In this document: positions 33,955-44,122 of the stretch, in pieces
How the letters are laid out: each line of letters begins with the position of its first letter
How positions within the stretch are numbered: the first letter of the stretch is position 1
Assembly: GCA_030167865.1 (NCBI GenBank)
Contig: JALAGF010005320.1
Location: 1 to 44,773, forward strand
Direction of reading: 5' to 3'
From: Craspedostauros australis
Lineage: Eukaryota
Length of the DNA stretch: 44,773 nucleotides
Made by a program: the position numbers and the translations under genes
Notes under the pieces: generated by a model
Databases searched by the model: none
The model's input: only the letters and a program-made list of their open reading frames with translations
What the model was told of the DNA's origin: nothing

Positions 33955-35220
33955 ATGAACTTCTTCACCGACAACAACAGCCACGCTGATGACAACTCCG
34001 GTTGTCACAGCAGCGACAGCAAGAGTCAATTCTCCGAAGAGGAGCGCCAAGCCAACCTGAAATACTTCGACGAGCTCGTCGCAACCATCGAGCCAATCCG
34101 ATTTGAGCCATCGGCAAGACTGATGTTCTCCGGCGACGTCGGATCAGATCCTTCATCCAATGTGTCGCAACACGCCGTCGAGTGTGCATCGATGAACCAG
34201 CAGGTTGGTTCATCCGGGGCCGGAAACAACAGCAGCATCGTCAACAGCAGCCTTGCTTCCGCCCGTATTTCGCATCACACTGACATGGAGTTGGCCGAAG
34301 CAATGGGTGCCTTCGTCGCACAAGGAAGCCACGAACAGGCGATGAATGACCAGGCGGGCCCATGCCTCAGCGAACTCGCACGAACGCAGCGCGTCCCGGA
34401 CACTTCATTATGTGATCGATGCATCGCCTGCATGTGCAAAATGCCTCACACTGAACTTCCCCTGCGCACAATGCCGCAGGCTCCGCTCTCATTGTCAGGA
34501 CGCCGATGGAGCTCCCTCCCAGCCAACCTTACCGCCTCCGCCTCTCAACAAGTCCAATCTCGCGCATCGATCGTTTCGACCCTCGGCATGCAATCCAGCC
34601 ATGAAAGCGCCGCGCGAAATGCCAACTTCGCCCGCGCGCCATCGCGCATCCCTGCCGCTGCTGCAACGAAGGCGAACGAACGGCAGCTGCTGCCGGAGTC
34701 CTTCACCCCGCACGGGCATTCTGTGTTCCTGGGACGCGGACAGATAATCCACAAATCTGAAGGCAACGTGAAGCTCGCAAAGCTCGTCAAGTCTCGCCTC
34801 AAGGGCTACTCGGAGGCAACATCAATGCAGCAAAAGTCAGCGATCGTCACAGACATTGTCCATTCCGTGCGACTCCGGGCGAATCACGAAGGTGCGTTCA
34901 TCCGAGTCGACAACAATCAAAGATACTGGGAGGCCAGTGACAAGGATGCAAGGGAGAAGGTCGGGTCTGTCTTTCGCAATTTTCTGAAAGACAGCTACCG
35001 AACCAGCAGCTTTAACAGAACCGCGAAGAGACGCGAGATTCGGATGAAACGGGAGAAGCAGTCGAAGTCCCGAATGGTGTTGGCTGCCCAAAGGAGCATG
35101 GACTGCGCCTCCGTCTCCAGCCAAGAGGATAATACAAGCACAAGCACAGTTCCAATGCGAACAAGCCTTCTCGATTTTTTCGATCGATCCTGCAATGAAT
35201 CGGTCGCAAAGAGTATTTGA
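33955..35220 (+). CDS. DUF6824-domain protein (diatom-expanded family), ~421 aa
   Basis: C-terminal motif VFLGRG....EGN..L..LV...L..Y..A.....KS.IV..IV..VR.....GAFIR......WEASD..AREKVG..FR. First ATG at 33955, after a CAA-rich leader. Confidence 0.85.
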   Translation: MNFFTDNNSHADDNSGCHSSDSKSQFSEEERQANLKYFDELVATIEPIRFEPSARLMFSGDVGSDPSSNVSQHAVECASMNQQVGSSGAGNNSSIVNSSLASARISHHTDMELAEAMGAFVAQGSHEQAMNDQAGPCLSELARTQRVPDTSLCDRCIACMCKMPHTELPLRTMPQAPLSLSGRRWSSLPANLTASASQQVQSRASIVSTLGMQSSHESAARNANFARAPSRIPAAAATKANERQLLPESFTPHGHSVFLGRGQIIHKSEGNVKLAKLVKSRLKGYSEATSMQQKSAIVTDIVHSVRLRANHEGAFIRVDNNQRYWEASDKDAREKVGSVFRNFLKDSYRTSSFNRTAKRREIRMKREKQSKSRMVLAAQRSMDCASVSSQEDNTSTSTVPMRTSLLDFFDRSCNESVAKSI

Positions 35221-36399
35221 ACTCTGCGCTATGATGCGGTGCGCCCTTTCGCTTAGATCCTTAGACATATACTAGCATACCATACTATCCTGCCTTACCT
35301 CTGCAATCGTGTCTACTCGTGACAAACCCGCGAACGGGTACGTGTATGCATTGCTTGAGTACCCATATCGTTCCTCGCCCACCAACATAGAACTGAGCAG
35401 AAGGGGTGGAGTAGCGTACCGTTGTTGTTAAATGTTCGATCTTGTCACCACCGAATGAGCGAGTAGATCCAGTGTCGTTGTTCGTGGTCCTGAGATCATA
35501 GCGGCCGACCGAATCTCATCTTGTTTTGGTCGTTGTGAACCATGATTAATCTGATATAATACTATCCCAAATGAGACGAGTGTGCCAATGCGTACTCGTG
35601 TCATACGCACGAGTGTATTCGTGCTCCTGTGGTTCGTATGAGCAAGACATCATGCGGATCCAAGAGATGCCAAAGAGGAGGGCAGCAAGAATGGCGAGAG
35701 TCACAAGATCACATAGAAAACGGCGGCGTCACGGAAACAAATGCTCCCCGTCTGCGCAGGGAAGACCGCAATAGTGCTACCAACATCAACAAGCATATGG
35801 TCATCCTGCTTCATTAATACCGCCGCTCGACTATTTGTGATCGTCAATACCAGCAGGCCTGGTTCTCCGTCGCTCTCACGAATACCATCATCAGCTCAAA
35901 AGCCGTACAGGAGAGGGTTTGACGATTTGAAGTACAAGTATCAGCAGCCGCAGAGTGTCCCATTCTTCAAGGTTGTTCCTCTTTCAACATGCGAAAACCA
36001 AATGCCGCAAAAAAGGACGGAGATGCCTCCCCAGAATTCGTCGAGGAGCTTTTGATCTGTTCTTCCTGCGGTGTCGGCTCGAGCGTCCGGGCTCCTCTCG
36101 CTTGATCCAGACGAACCAGTCAATCGTTTGGCTACAGATAGTTGCTGGCAATCGCTATCTGCAGTTCGAACAGTGCGGACTGCGTACGAGCCACATTGGA
36201 GGTGATTGGATGTTGGGGTTGTCATCCGCACGATGCACCCCTACAGTATGTAAATACAGGAATACGGCTGGTCGTCCGCCACGTGCATCGATCGTTCCAG
36301 CTGCCGTGTCCTCTGTTACCTGCGTGTAATACCTACGAATACTCTTTGCTTACTTGGATTGGGAAACGAACGATTGAGTGTGTTGCTGCGAATAAACAT

Positions 36400-38905
36400 C
36401 TATACACCATACTGCGCTCTGTACTCCTTGACGGTTCGCAGGGTGTCCTCACCGTACATGGACGACCCTTCGATGAAGGTTTGGAGCTGGGGAAGGTTGA
36501 CGATCGAGACGACCGGTACGCCGAGATCTCTCGCGACGGCCTGGACGGCGGACACTGGATCCTCGAGTGAACGCTTCTCGGCTCGATCAAGGGCGATGGA
36601 GATTCCCATCGTCTTGGCGCCGATCTCCGTGAGCATCGTGAACGATTCTCGGATGGCCGTTCCGGCTGTGATGACATCATCGAGAATCAGAACGGATTTG
36701 CCTTCCATGGCAGCTCCAACCAGCTTGCCGCTTTCTCCGTGCGTCTTGGCTTCTTTCCGGTTGTAGGCGAAGCCGACATCCACGCCGTAGTTGTCGTACA
36801 GTGCAGCGCAGACGATGGCGCCCAGCGATATTCCCTTGTATGCTGGCCCGAACACGACGTCGAACTTGGCCTTTCCTTTGCCATCCGTTCTGTGTGTTGT
36901 GAGCGATAGAAGAGTGTGTACACGCACGTGTGTGTATGTGTGTATGCCCGTCGACAACGAAGGAATGACCGAAGATGAATAACGATGAATTGCAGAGGCG
37001 AATTGGTTGAGTGAGCGAGAGACGGCCGGGATGGGAAAAGGGCTGTGCATTCGTGACGTTTGATATCGCCGTCGAAAACAGAATTGCGATATGCGTGCAT
37101 GCCTCAAACCTCAATCGCCGACGTTGCGACGCTTCGATCTGCATTGGTGTTGCCGGCACTGTGTTGTCTCAGAAAATAGTTAATCAGCGGTTGGGTGTTG
37201 ACCGGCATCTCCCGCGAAGGGATTAGGTGAAAGAAGACCAAGTGGTTCCTCATTGACGACACTGGCGTGCATGCATATTCGAGGCGTGGCATGATGTGGC
37301 AACACAGAGTGACGCAGTTTGCTGTTGCTGGCTGTGATGGCTTGCGAATTGCGCTTGCAAGCACCGGACAAGGATCTGACAACTTGAATTTAGTTCATCG
37401 CCACTCACGCGGGGGCGGATCAATAACACGGACCAAGTTGGGTACTCTTCATTTCCTTGTCCAGTGACAATGCCTTGCACGAACTGCCAAGCAAGATAGA
37501 GAAGCGGGCATGATATCACAGACGGCCAAACAAGCATTTCGACCCGCGATGACACTTACAGTTCTGGGGCTTGCATGATGGCCGATGCGTAGCACTTGCC
37601 AAGCTTGAAGAGTGCGCTGCCGGTGGCGAAGAGACCGGCATTGAAGAAGTAGGGTGACGTGCGTCCGCTCTTGAGGACGAAGGAGCCAAATTTGAGGACA
37701 CCTTGCGAAAGACTGAATTCCAAAAACTCTTTCTGGTATGGTGCGATCGAGATATCTGCATCCGTCGGCGAGGACGAGGATGATGCGGCCTCGGCTCTTG
37801 CGGCGTTGATATTTTCCATGAGTTCCTTTGCGGCGGCCGCCGGATCGTCGGCCTTGCTGATCCCTCTTGAGACGGGGATGAGCAATCCCGTCCCGGATTG
37901 GTTGGTCCCCGCAGCAACCGCAGCATTCAAATCCCCGCCTTGCGCACCGACCCCCGGCGCGAGGATCCAAACGCTGTCGCCTCCAGCCTTGCGTGCCAGG
38001 GTGAGCGCAGTTGCATCCGTCGCACCGACGACCAAACCGAGGGAGGCATCGTGCTTGGCCGACCACTTATTCGTCAGCTTTGCAATGTGTTCGTACAGGG
38101 TCTCATTGGATGCCAGATCGAGTGCGAGGAAGTCGTTCGATCCAGGGTTTGATGTTTTGCACAGCAGGAATGCGCCCTTGCTTGAATACTTCTCTGTCGG
38201 GTACCGTGGTCGTATCGGCCCATTGTGGGGGTTGTCAAAGCGTATCATGGCGTTCGGGTGTTTGGCATGAGGAATAACATGGCATGCGTGTCAGTGTGCT
38301 GATCTCAATGCTTGTAGAGTATGGCCGTGCGAAGTTTGAGTTGGATTTGCAACAAGTCGAATGTGTCGAATCAGAGGTCCATCAAGGAAGACTCATCACC
38401 ATCACCATCACCATCATCAGAGTCGCCATCATCAACGTCAGCTTCAAAGTGGAGATCGCATGACACTGCAACACGTCGATGGCTTACCTGTTACGAACGG
38501 CGCGATGGAATCCCACCCCATTAGCGGTGACAGGGTGACGGCGTCCGCGTTTGCATGATCGTAGCATGCCTCTGCGTAAGCGGCCGCGGTGGAACCGATA
38601 TCCCCGCGTTTGACGTCGAGCAATATCGGGATGTCGGAGGGAATCTCCTTGAGAACGCGGCACAGCGTCTTGGTGCCGTCATCACCGAGCGCTTCGAAGA
38701 AGGCGCCGTTGGGCTTGTAGCATGAGGCGTAGGGGATCGTGGCGTCGATGATGCGCTTGCAGAAGGAGTAGGCCGCCTCGCACTTCTGAGCTGCGTCCGT
38801 CACCGAACCATCGGCGATCTGCTTGGAGTGCGGATCGAGTCCGACACAGAGCAATGAGTTCGTCTTTTCGATGCGTGCCTCAAGCTTTCTGAAGAACGTG
38901 GTCAT
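36400..38905 (-). CDS. UMPS: UMP synthase, OMP decarboxylase-orotate phosphoribosyltransferase fusion; exons 38905-38488, 38193-37560 and 36889-36400 (~513 aa)
   Basis: OMPDC motifs [36 protein letters not shown] and [15 protein letters not shown] motifs [34 protein letters not shown] and [11 protein letters not shown]. Both GTAAG...CAG introns restore the frame. Confidence 0.95.
37161..37262 (-). ncRNA. Intronic box C/D snoRNA candidate (snR190/SNORD12-like target region in LSU rRNA)
   Basis: Terminal stem GUGUCGUC/GACAACAC, box C AUGAGGA, box D CUGA. Antisense segments GGUCUUCUUUC and CCGCUGAUU match the conserved LSU sequence AAUCAGCGGGGAAAGAAGACC. Same strand as the host UMPS gene. Confidence 0.7.
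37362..37466 (-). ncRNA. U18: Intronic box C/D snoRNA, U18/snR18/SNORD18 homologue
   Basis: 13-bp terminal stem CACUGGACAAGGA/UCCUUGUCCGGUG; box C AUGAAGA, D' UUGA, C' CGAUGA, box D CAGA. The 13-nt guide CUUGGUCCGUGUU is complementary to conserved LSU AACACGGACCAAG, with U18-like spacing to D'. Confidence 0.85.
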
Positions 38906-39542
38906 CTTCGATCGGTGTTGTTCTTATGTGGTTGTGTCGGCTGTGGTGGCTGTGATGGCTGTGATGCGTGGTTTGGTGATGGCTGTGGTGTGTCGGAGTC
39001 TATTGCTGGCACTTCGTTTGGCGTTGATGGTTGTCTCTCTTCAAGGGTCTGTCTGTGTCTTCGCTGCGCTCCAGAGTCGCCAGTTCTCGCCGGTCACCCA
39101 ACTGTTTCCTTCCTTCGTTGCTTCGTTGCTTCCTCGTTTGGTTGGTTGGCTGGTGACGGCTGTGTTCTGTTGTCTCGCAATCTTTGTTGACATCATGTGC
39201 CGAAGATCCATCATTGCGATGGGTGGTTGTCGTGCCACACTCATTCGTTCCAATCACGACAGTTCTGTTTTGCGTGTTCTTCCTCTCGTCTTCGTTTCTG
39301 TCGCGTCGGTTGAGTGTGTCTGTTTATGCATATTTGATGCATGTGCTTTCGTAGTAGTGTATATCGAAGATAGATCCATGCTTCCCTGTTTGACATGACG
39401 CCACGCTGAGATCGTCATCAAAAGATTCATACTTGCGGTACTCTACTCTATGAAACCAAGTTCTCAACGCAATGTTTAGGTAGATGTACGCTCAAGCAAG
39501 TCAACTGCGTGCTCTTCTTCGTCAGTGGCGGACAATCCTTTC

Positions 39543-39566
39543 AGAGAGAGAGAGAGAGAGAGAGAG
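39543..39566. repeat. (AG)12 microsatellite
   Basis: Read directly. Confidence 0.95.
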
Positions 39567-39585
39567 GCCACCTTGCCCCTGCGCG

Positions 39586-40752
39586 TTAATCCTTGTTTGC
39601 GCTTCGATTGCTGCTGTTGCTCCTGCTTCTACTTCTACTCCGATCATTCTCCCCCTTACCTTTGCCTTTGCCTTTCCCTTTGCCACCGCCGTCGCTCTTG
39701 TTTTTTCGGGATGCGACTGGCGGCAGGACTTCATCGGGCCCGGATGGCAAGACGATGCCATCTCGTTCTTCGATCTCTCGCTTCAGCTGTTGCAACACGC
39801 GGATGGATGCCAGCTTCTGCGGCGACAGCAGATCCCACATGACGCCCGACGGCTTCGGTGCGCGATTGGGCACGCGGATCACCTTGGTCGGCGTCACGAT
39901 CACGTCGACCGGAACATCGTGCTTCGTCAGATCGGACGCGTCCATATCGTCAACGATCTGCGAGTCGTGCACCGTCGTGACGACCAGCGTCTTGGAGGCA
40001 TCGATGTTGCCCTGCGTCGTCAGGATGCCCCACTCCAGTTCGGCAAATCCTTCTCCCTTGCCAACGCGCGCGCCGCTTTCAGGGCACACCGCCGTGCTGC
40101 CCACGACGACGATATCCACCGTGTAGTCTTCGTTCAAGGTAACGGGAGTGCCGTACTTCACGACGCCCTTCGAGGAAGTGCAGGCCTCGACCTGCACCTG
40201 CGACGGCAGCGACGCCATGCTCAAAGTCGAGAAGAATCCCGTTCGCAGCCGCGGTTGCGGCGTCAGCAAGGTCTTGCCTTGCTCCAAAACGAGATGACGT
40301 ACGGGCCGTTGCGGCGTGTCGGGATTCACCTTGATGCATTTGGCGTTTTGGAATTCATCCAGCGCCGCCAGTCTGGCTGCGGCCTGTTCGGCACCCTTGA
40401 AGGATGGAATGCGATGGTGGACGGGTCTCGGGAATGCGGCGTAGTCCTTCTCCTCCATCATGTCCCAAATGCGTTTGCGGATCACCCATTTCCACGGCGT
40501 CCGCAACTTGGAGAACTCCTTCTCAGCTTCTTCCTTCATGCCATCCATGGCTTCTGCGTCTTTTGTCAGACGGTCCTTTTCGTATGCGACTTCGTCGAAG
40601 GAGTCCTTGCTTGATGCAACTGAGGTCTTGGTATTCGCTGACGGGTGCTGCACAATGGACTGGCTCACACGACCAGTTGTGTGGTGATGGATCACAAAGC
40701 TGGATGCAACTGGCAGGAGCAGCACGAGAACAAAATCAGTGCGTAGCTTCAT
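39586..40752 (-). CDS. Plastid-targeted 5-formyltetrahydrofolate cyclo-ligase paralogue (COG0212 / MTHFSD family), ~388 aa
   Basis: Motifs KWVIRKRIWD, FPRPVHHRIPSFKGA, KVNPDTPQ, TPQPRLRTGFF, GARVGKGEGFAELEWGIL and HDVPVDVIVTP. Signal MKLRTDFVLVLLLPVASS-FV starts at ATG 40752. Confidence 0.92.
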   Translation of the reverse strand: MKLRTDFVLVLLLPVASSFVIHHHTTGRVSQSIVQHPSANTKTSVASSKDSFDEVAYEKDRLTKDAEAMDGMKEEAEKEFSKLRTPWKWVIRKRIWDMMEEKDYAAFPRPVHHRIPSFKGAEQAAARLAALDEFQNAKCIKVNPDTPQRPVRHLVLEQGKTLLTPQPRLRTGFFSTLSMASLPSQVQVEACTSSKGVVKYGTPVTLNEDYTVDIVVVGSTAVCPESGARVGKGEGFAELEWGILTTQGNIDASKTLVVTTVHDSQIVDDMDASDLTKHDVPVDVIVTPTKVIRVPNRAPKPSGVMWDLLSPQKLASIRVLQQLKREIEERDGIVLPSGPDEVLPPVASRKNKSDGGGKGKGKGKGKGENDRSRSRSRSNSSNRSANKD

Positions 40753-41128
40753 TATCGTCAACGTGCGCAATGCAATGCACTCCAATGCAATGTGATGCTT
40801 GGACTGTGTGGCAAACCGTTGAGAGTGAAGTTGTGTGTGTGCGAATGTCTTCGATTCGTCGGTGTTGTCGGATCCAGATCTTCCGTTTTTTGCGTGTTGC
40901 GTGTTGTATCCACGTTGTGACGTCACTCAATGCGGTTTCTGCGATCCAAACCGAACCAACCGAATACGCCGCGGCGGACCCACGACACCGACTATCCTGT
41001 CGGCTCGTTTGCGATAATCTATAGTAGGTACGCCACAGGAATGAGTCCCTATACGATCAGCTCTAAATCACAGTCCTCAGCGTAGTTAATTGCACTTATT
41101 CTCAGCATGCATCCTCGTAGCACTGCAT

Positions 41129-42289
41129 CTATTTCTTCACCAAATGCAATTCCAATCGAGTTCCCATTTGATGGTCATCGGAATCATCTCCCCTCCACAT
41201 ATCTTGCTGGACTTTGGCGGTGTCGGAATTGAAGATGATGAGACGGTCCGAAGCAGCTGCGACCTTTGTAGGCGTGCTTCCATCGAATGTCATGCCTCCG
41301 CCGCATTTCTCATCCCAGCTCTGTGGCACGATGTAGTAGAACATGGAAAGCTTGCGCTGGTCATTGTCTTCGCCCGCAACCACCGCGAACGGTTTGGACG
41401 CGGACGCCGCAAACAGAGAGCCTTCGTCTTCACCGCCGGTCAACAGCGCCAACGATGCCTTCAACGCCTTTCGATCGAAGGTTCGTAGGTACGCCATGGA
41501 CGCACCGTCGCTGATTTCTTCCGCCATCTTCAAGTGCGTGGCAGTGTGCTTCGTGGCGCTGACGACGAACTCGATGGTTCTGGGACAAGCCTTGTACTGA
41601 TCCTCACCTCCCTTGACTCCGATGATGTATTCGCCGCTGCCGATGTTGGACAGATCGAGTTCCATCATGGACAGTACGTCGCTGCCCTCCTCGTTCAATG
41701 CCGCAATGATGTCGTCGTCGCCCAAGAACCCATCCACGACGTGGTATCCCTGATCCGCCAACGACGCTTGGATGGCATCGACCGGCAAGGCATCTATCCT
41801 CTCCTTGACCAAGGTCAGCATCGTCACGCTGTCGCGCTGAGCCTTCAGCAACTGCTTGGCCTTCTGCTCGGCCGTGTCTGGGTCAGTGATCTTCTTGGAC
41901 GCGTCGAGGCCAGGCGTTGTGGTCGTCGTGGCACCGGAACTCGCGAGGGCGGCCTTTTCAGCTTCAGCTTTCTGCTTGGTGAGCAAGGCCTCTGACGGCT
42001 TGGCAGCTGGGGTTTTGAAATCGAGCTGCGGCGGTGGAAGATCCAATTTGGTGGACACCAACCTCTTTGCTCGCTTTGCCAACTTTTCTTGCATGGACAG
42101 CTTGTTCTTCTTCTTCTTTCCCATGAACAGCGCCGTGGAAGTGCACAGCGTGCCATCGGTCCACGTTCCATCGTCGTGTCGTGAGATTCCGACCGCCACA
42201 TGTTCCGGAACCACGGTGAATGCTTGGACAGCCCAGATGTTGAGCAGCCACAGCGCGATGACGCTTCTCGGGTGCAAGCTGGATATCAT
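41129..42289 (-). CDS. Plastid-targeted protein with a degenerate prolyl-hydroxylase-like 2OG-Fe(II) oxygenase fold
   Basis: Signal peptide ending VQA-FTV. EGLN-like segments GYHVVDGFLG, DQRKLSMFYYI...WDEKCGGG and DRLIIFNSD. Metal-binding histidines are not evident. Confidence 0.7.
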   Translation of the reverse strand: MISSLHPRSVIALWLLNIWAVQAFTVVPEHVAVGISRHDDGTWTDGTLCTSTALFMGKKKKNKLSMQEKLAKRAKRLVSTKLDLPPPQLDFKTPAAKPSEALLTKQKAEAEKAALASSGATTTTTPGLDASKKITDPDTAEQKAKQLLKAQRDSVTMLTLVKERIDALPVDAIQASLADQGYHVVDGFLGDDDIIAALNEEGSDVLSMMELDLSNIGSGEYIIGVKGGEDQYKACPRTIEFVVSATKHTATHLKMAEEISDGASMAYLRTFDRKALKASLALLTGGEDEGSLFAASASKPFAVVAGEDNDQRKLSMFYYIVPQSWDEKCGGGMTFDGSTPTKVAAASDRLIIFNSDTAKVQQDMWRGDDSDDHQMGTRLELHLVKK

Positions 42290-42370
42290 TGTGTGATAGA
42301 ATAGGTACGAGTAGAGCGGCGGTGGCCTTGATGGTTTGGTGCTTTGCTTGATTGGAGTGTTGAGCTGTTT

Positions 42371-42390
42371 GTTACGTTACGTTACGTTAC
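42371..42390. repeat. (GTTAC)4 tandem repeat
   Basis: Read directly. Confidence 0.9.
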
Positions 42391-42872
42391 GCTGGGATGG
42401 GATGGGTATGGATGGCATGCGAGTATGGTCGAGTATGGTTGCAGACCGTTGCCCAAAAATGGAGACGCTAGCGTTGATGTTCATTCTGCGGTTGGCGTCG
42501 AGGCTGCCGATGATGCGTTGATGGTCGGCATTGGCTATCGTCACATCAGCCGGACAGACAAAGAAACACAGAGTATCTTTCCAGTCGTGGATACACCAAA
42601 CCACCTGCAACGGTTGAAAGAACTTCTTCCGCACTCACGGAAACGATTCTCCCACATGATCTGAACAGAGAAAAAGAGAAGCCAACAACACGGCAGTTGC
42701 GGATGCGCCTTTGTGTCGTATTGGGTGGGTGATGCGATGCGTGGCGTCGTGAAAAGAGACCATCGCCACGATCAGGTCGCTGGTGATTGCAAGAATGACA
42801 ACTGCGCAAGCGACGGCGGCATCCTTCGAGATCATTCGGTCCGACTCGATATGAAAAGAACGATTCACAGCC

Positions 42873-43799
42873 ATGGAGGAGACAGCGGCAGGATCCAAGC
42901 GCATCTGCGTGAAAGAAGTCGAGGACTCAAAGGCGGTGGTGCTGTTGTTCGGTTGGATGGGAAGTCCATTGAAGCATGTGGACAAGTATGCGGAACTGTA
43001 CAACGACCGCGGCTGTTCGACGGTATCAGCCATTGCCGATCCAACAGCGATCATGACACGTTGGAAGTCAAAGATCCGAACGGACATGCTGCGCGTTCTG
43101 CCGCATGTCGCCAAACTGATCCGTCATGCCGAGATGGAGAAAGCTTCGCGCAACAGTGACGGTGACGGTGACGGTGGCAGCGACGATGCCAAAGTTCCGC
43201 TGATCATCCACGCCTTCAGCAACGGCGGTGTCTTCAACCTGGAGATGCTCGATCTTGAACTGCTGCTGCGGGAGGAAGAGTACGGAGAGAGTGAAAGCGA
43301 GGACAAACAGAACAAGGAGGCGACCGATGATCTGTACCTCATCGGGGAAAGAATGAAACTGGGGTGGCAGGTCTTCGATTCGGCCCCAGCCTACCTCTAC
43401 CTTGCCAATAGCATGCAAGCCATCCGAGAAGCGACCGGGTCCAATTACTTTCTGCAGTTCGGCATCTTCTCCCTGCTCTTCACGGCGGTGGGATTCTACA
43501 ACTTCCGGATGCTTTTTGGCTATCCAAGCTCCGCGGAGGAGTACTGGGATAACATGAGCAACAGCACGAGCGGTAGGAAGCAGGCGTACATCTACAGTCT
43601 AGGGGATGAGATCACGGACGTGGCCAAGCTCGAAGAGTTGATCGAAACGAGGAGGGCCAAAGGGGTGGACCTCATCGTGATGAAATGCGAAGACTCCGCT
43701 CATGTCCAGCATATGCGCAGCTACAAGGAGGAATACTGCGCATTGATTGACGATGTGATTGAACGGAGCGTTGCTTCGTGCAATGATGGTGACTCTTGA
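42873..43799 (+). CDS. TMEM53: TMEM53 / DUF829 family alpha/beta-hydrolase-like protein
   Basis: Motifs LLFGWMGS..KHVDKYAELY, IIHAFSNGG, VFDSAP, YIYSLGDEI and SAHVQH.R...EEY. An upstream exon cannot be excluded (CACAG lies just before the ATG). Confidence 0.85.
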   Translation: MEETAAGSKRICVKEVEDSKAVVLLFGWMGSPLKHVDKYAELYNDRGCSTVSAIADPTAIMTRWKSKIRTDMLRVLPHVAKLIRHAEMEKASRNSDGDGDGGSDDAKVPLIIHAFSNGGVFNLEMLDLELLLREEEYGESESEDKQNKEATDDLYLIGERMKLGWQVFDSAPAYLYLANSMQAIREATGSNYFLQFGIFSLLFTAVGFYNFRMLFGYPSSAEEYWDNMSNSTSGRKQAYIYSLGDEITDVAKLEELIETRRAKGVDLIVMKCEDSAHVQHMRSYKEEYCALIDDVIERSVASCNDGDS

Positions 43800-43970
43800 G
43801 GGCTTCCGTAACTTGGAGATGTCACAGATCATCCCATTCGCTATTTCTTCATTTCGTTGAGACAACAGAGTGGTATCCGGCTGATTCGGCTAATGTCACC
43901 CTTCGAGGCAGGCAAAACTCGCAGCTCAACTGCTCTACTCGAACGGCCTATTCACCTTCCTCTGCATGAA

Positions 43971-44015
43971 TTCATTTCATTTCATTTCATTTCAATTCAA
44001 TCCAATTCAATTCAA
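43971..44015. repeat. (TTCAT/TTCAA)n pentamer repeat
   Basis: Read directly; lies between two convergent 3' ends. Confidence 0.9.
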
Positions 44016-44122
44016 TGCATATCTATATGTAAACTAATGACTCACGCAATGCCGCTACTCGTGTTGGGATTCGAATGCAGGTCCAGCACTGTCCAAATGT
44101 CTTGGTCCGTCAATCGGACACC

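Noticed and set aside
38291..38399. GUGAUGA...CUGA pair in UMPS intron 1 (minus strand)
   Set aside because: The C box arises from a (GGTGAT)n repeat, there is no good terminal stem, and the partial SSU complementarity (GUCUUCCUUG) is not positioned for the D+5 rule.
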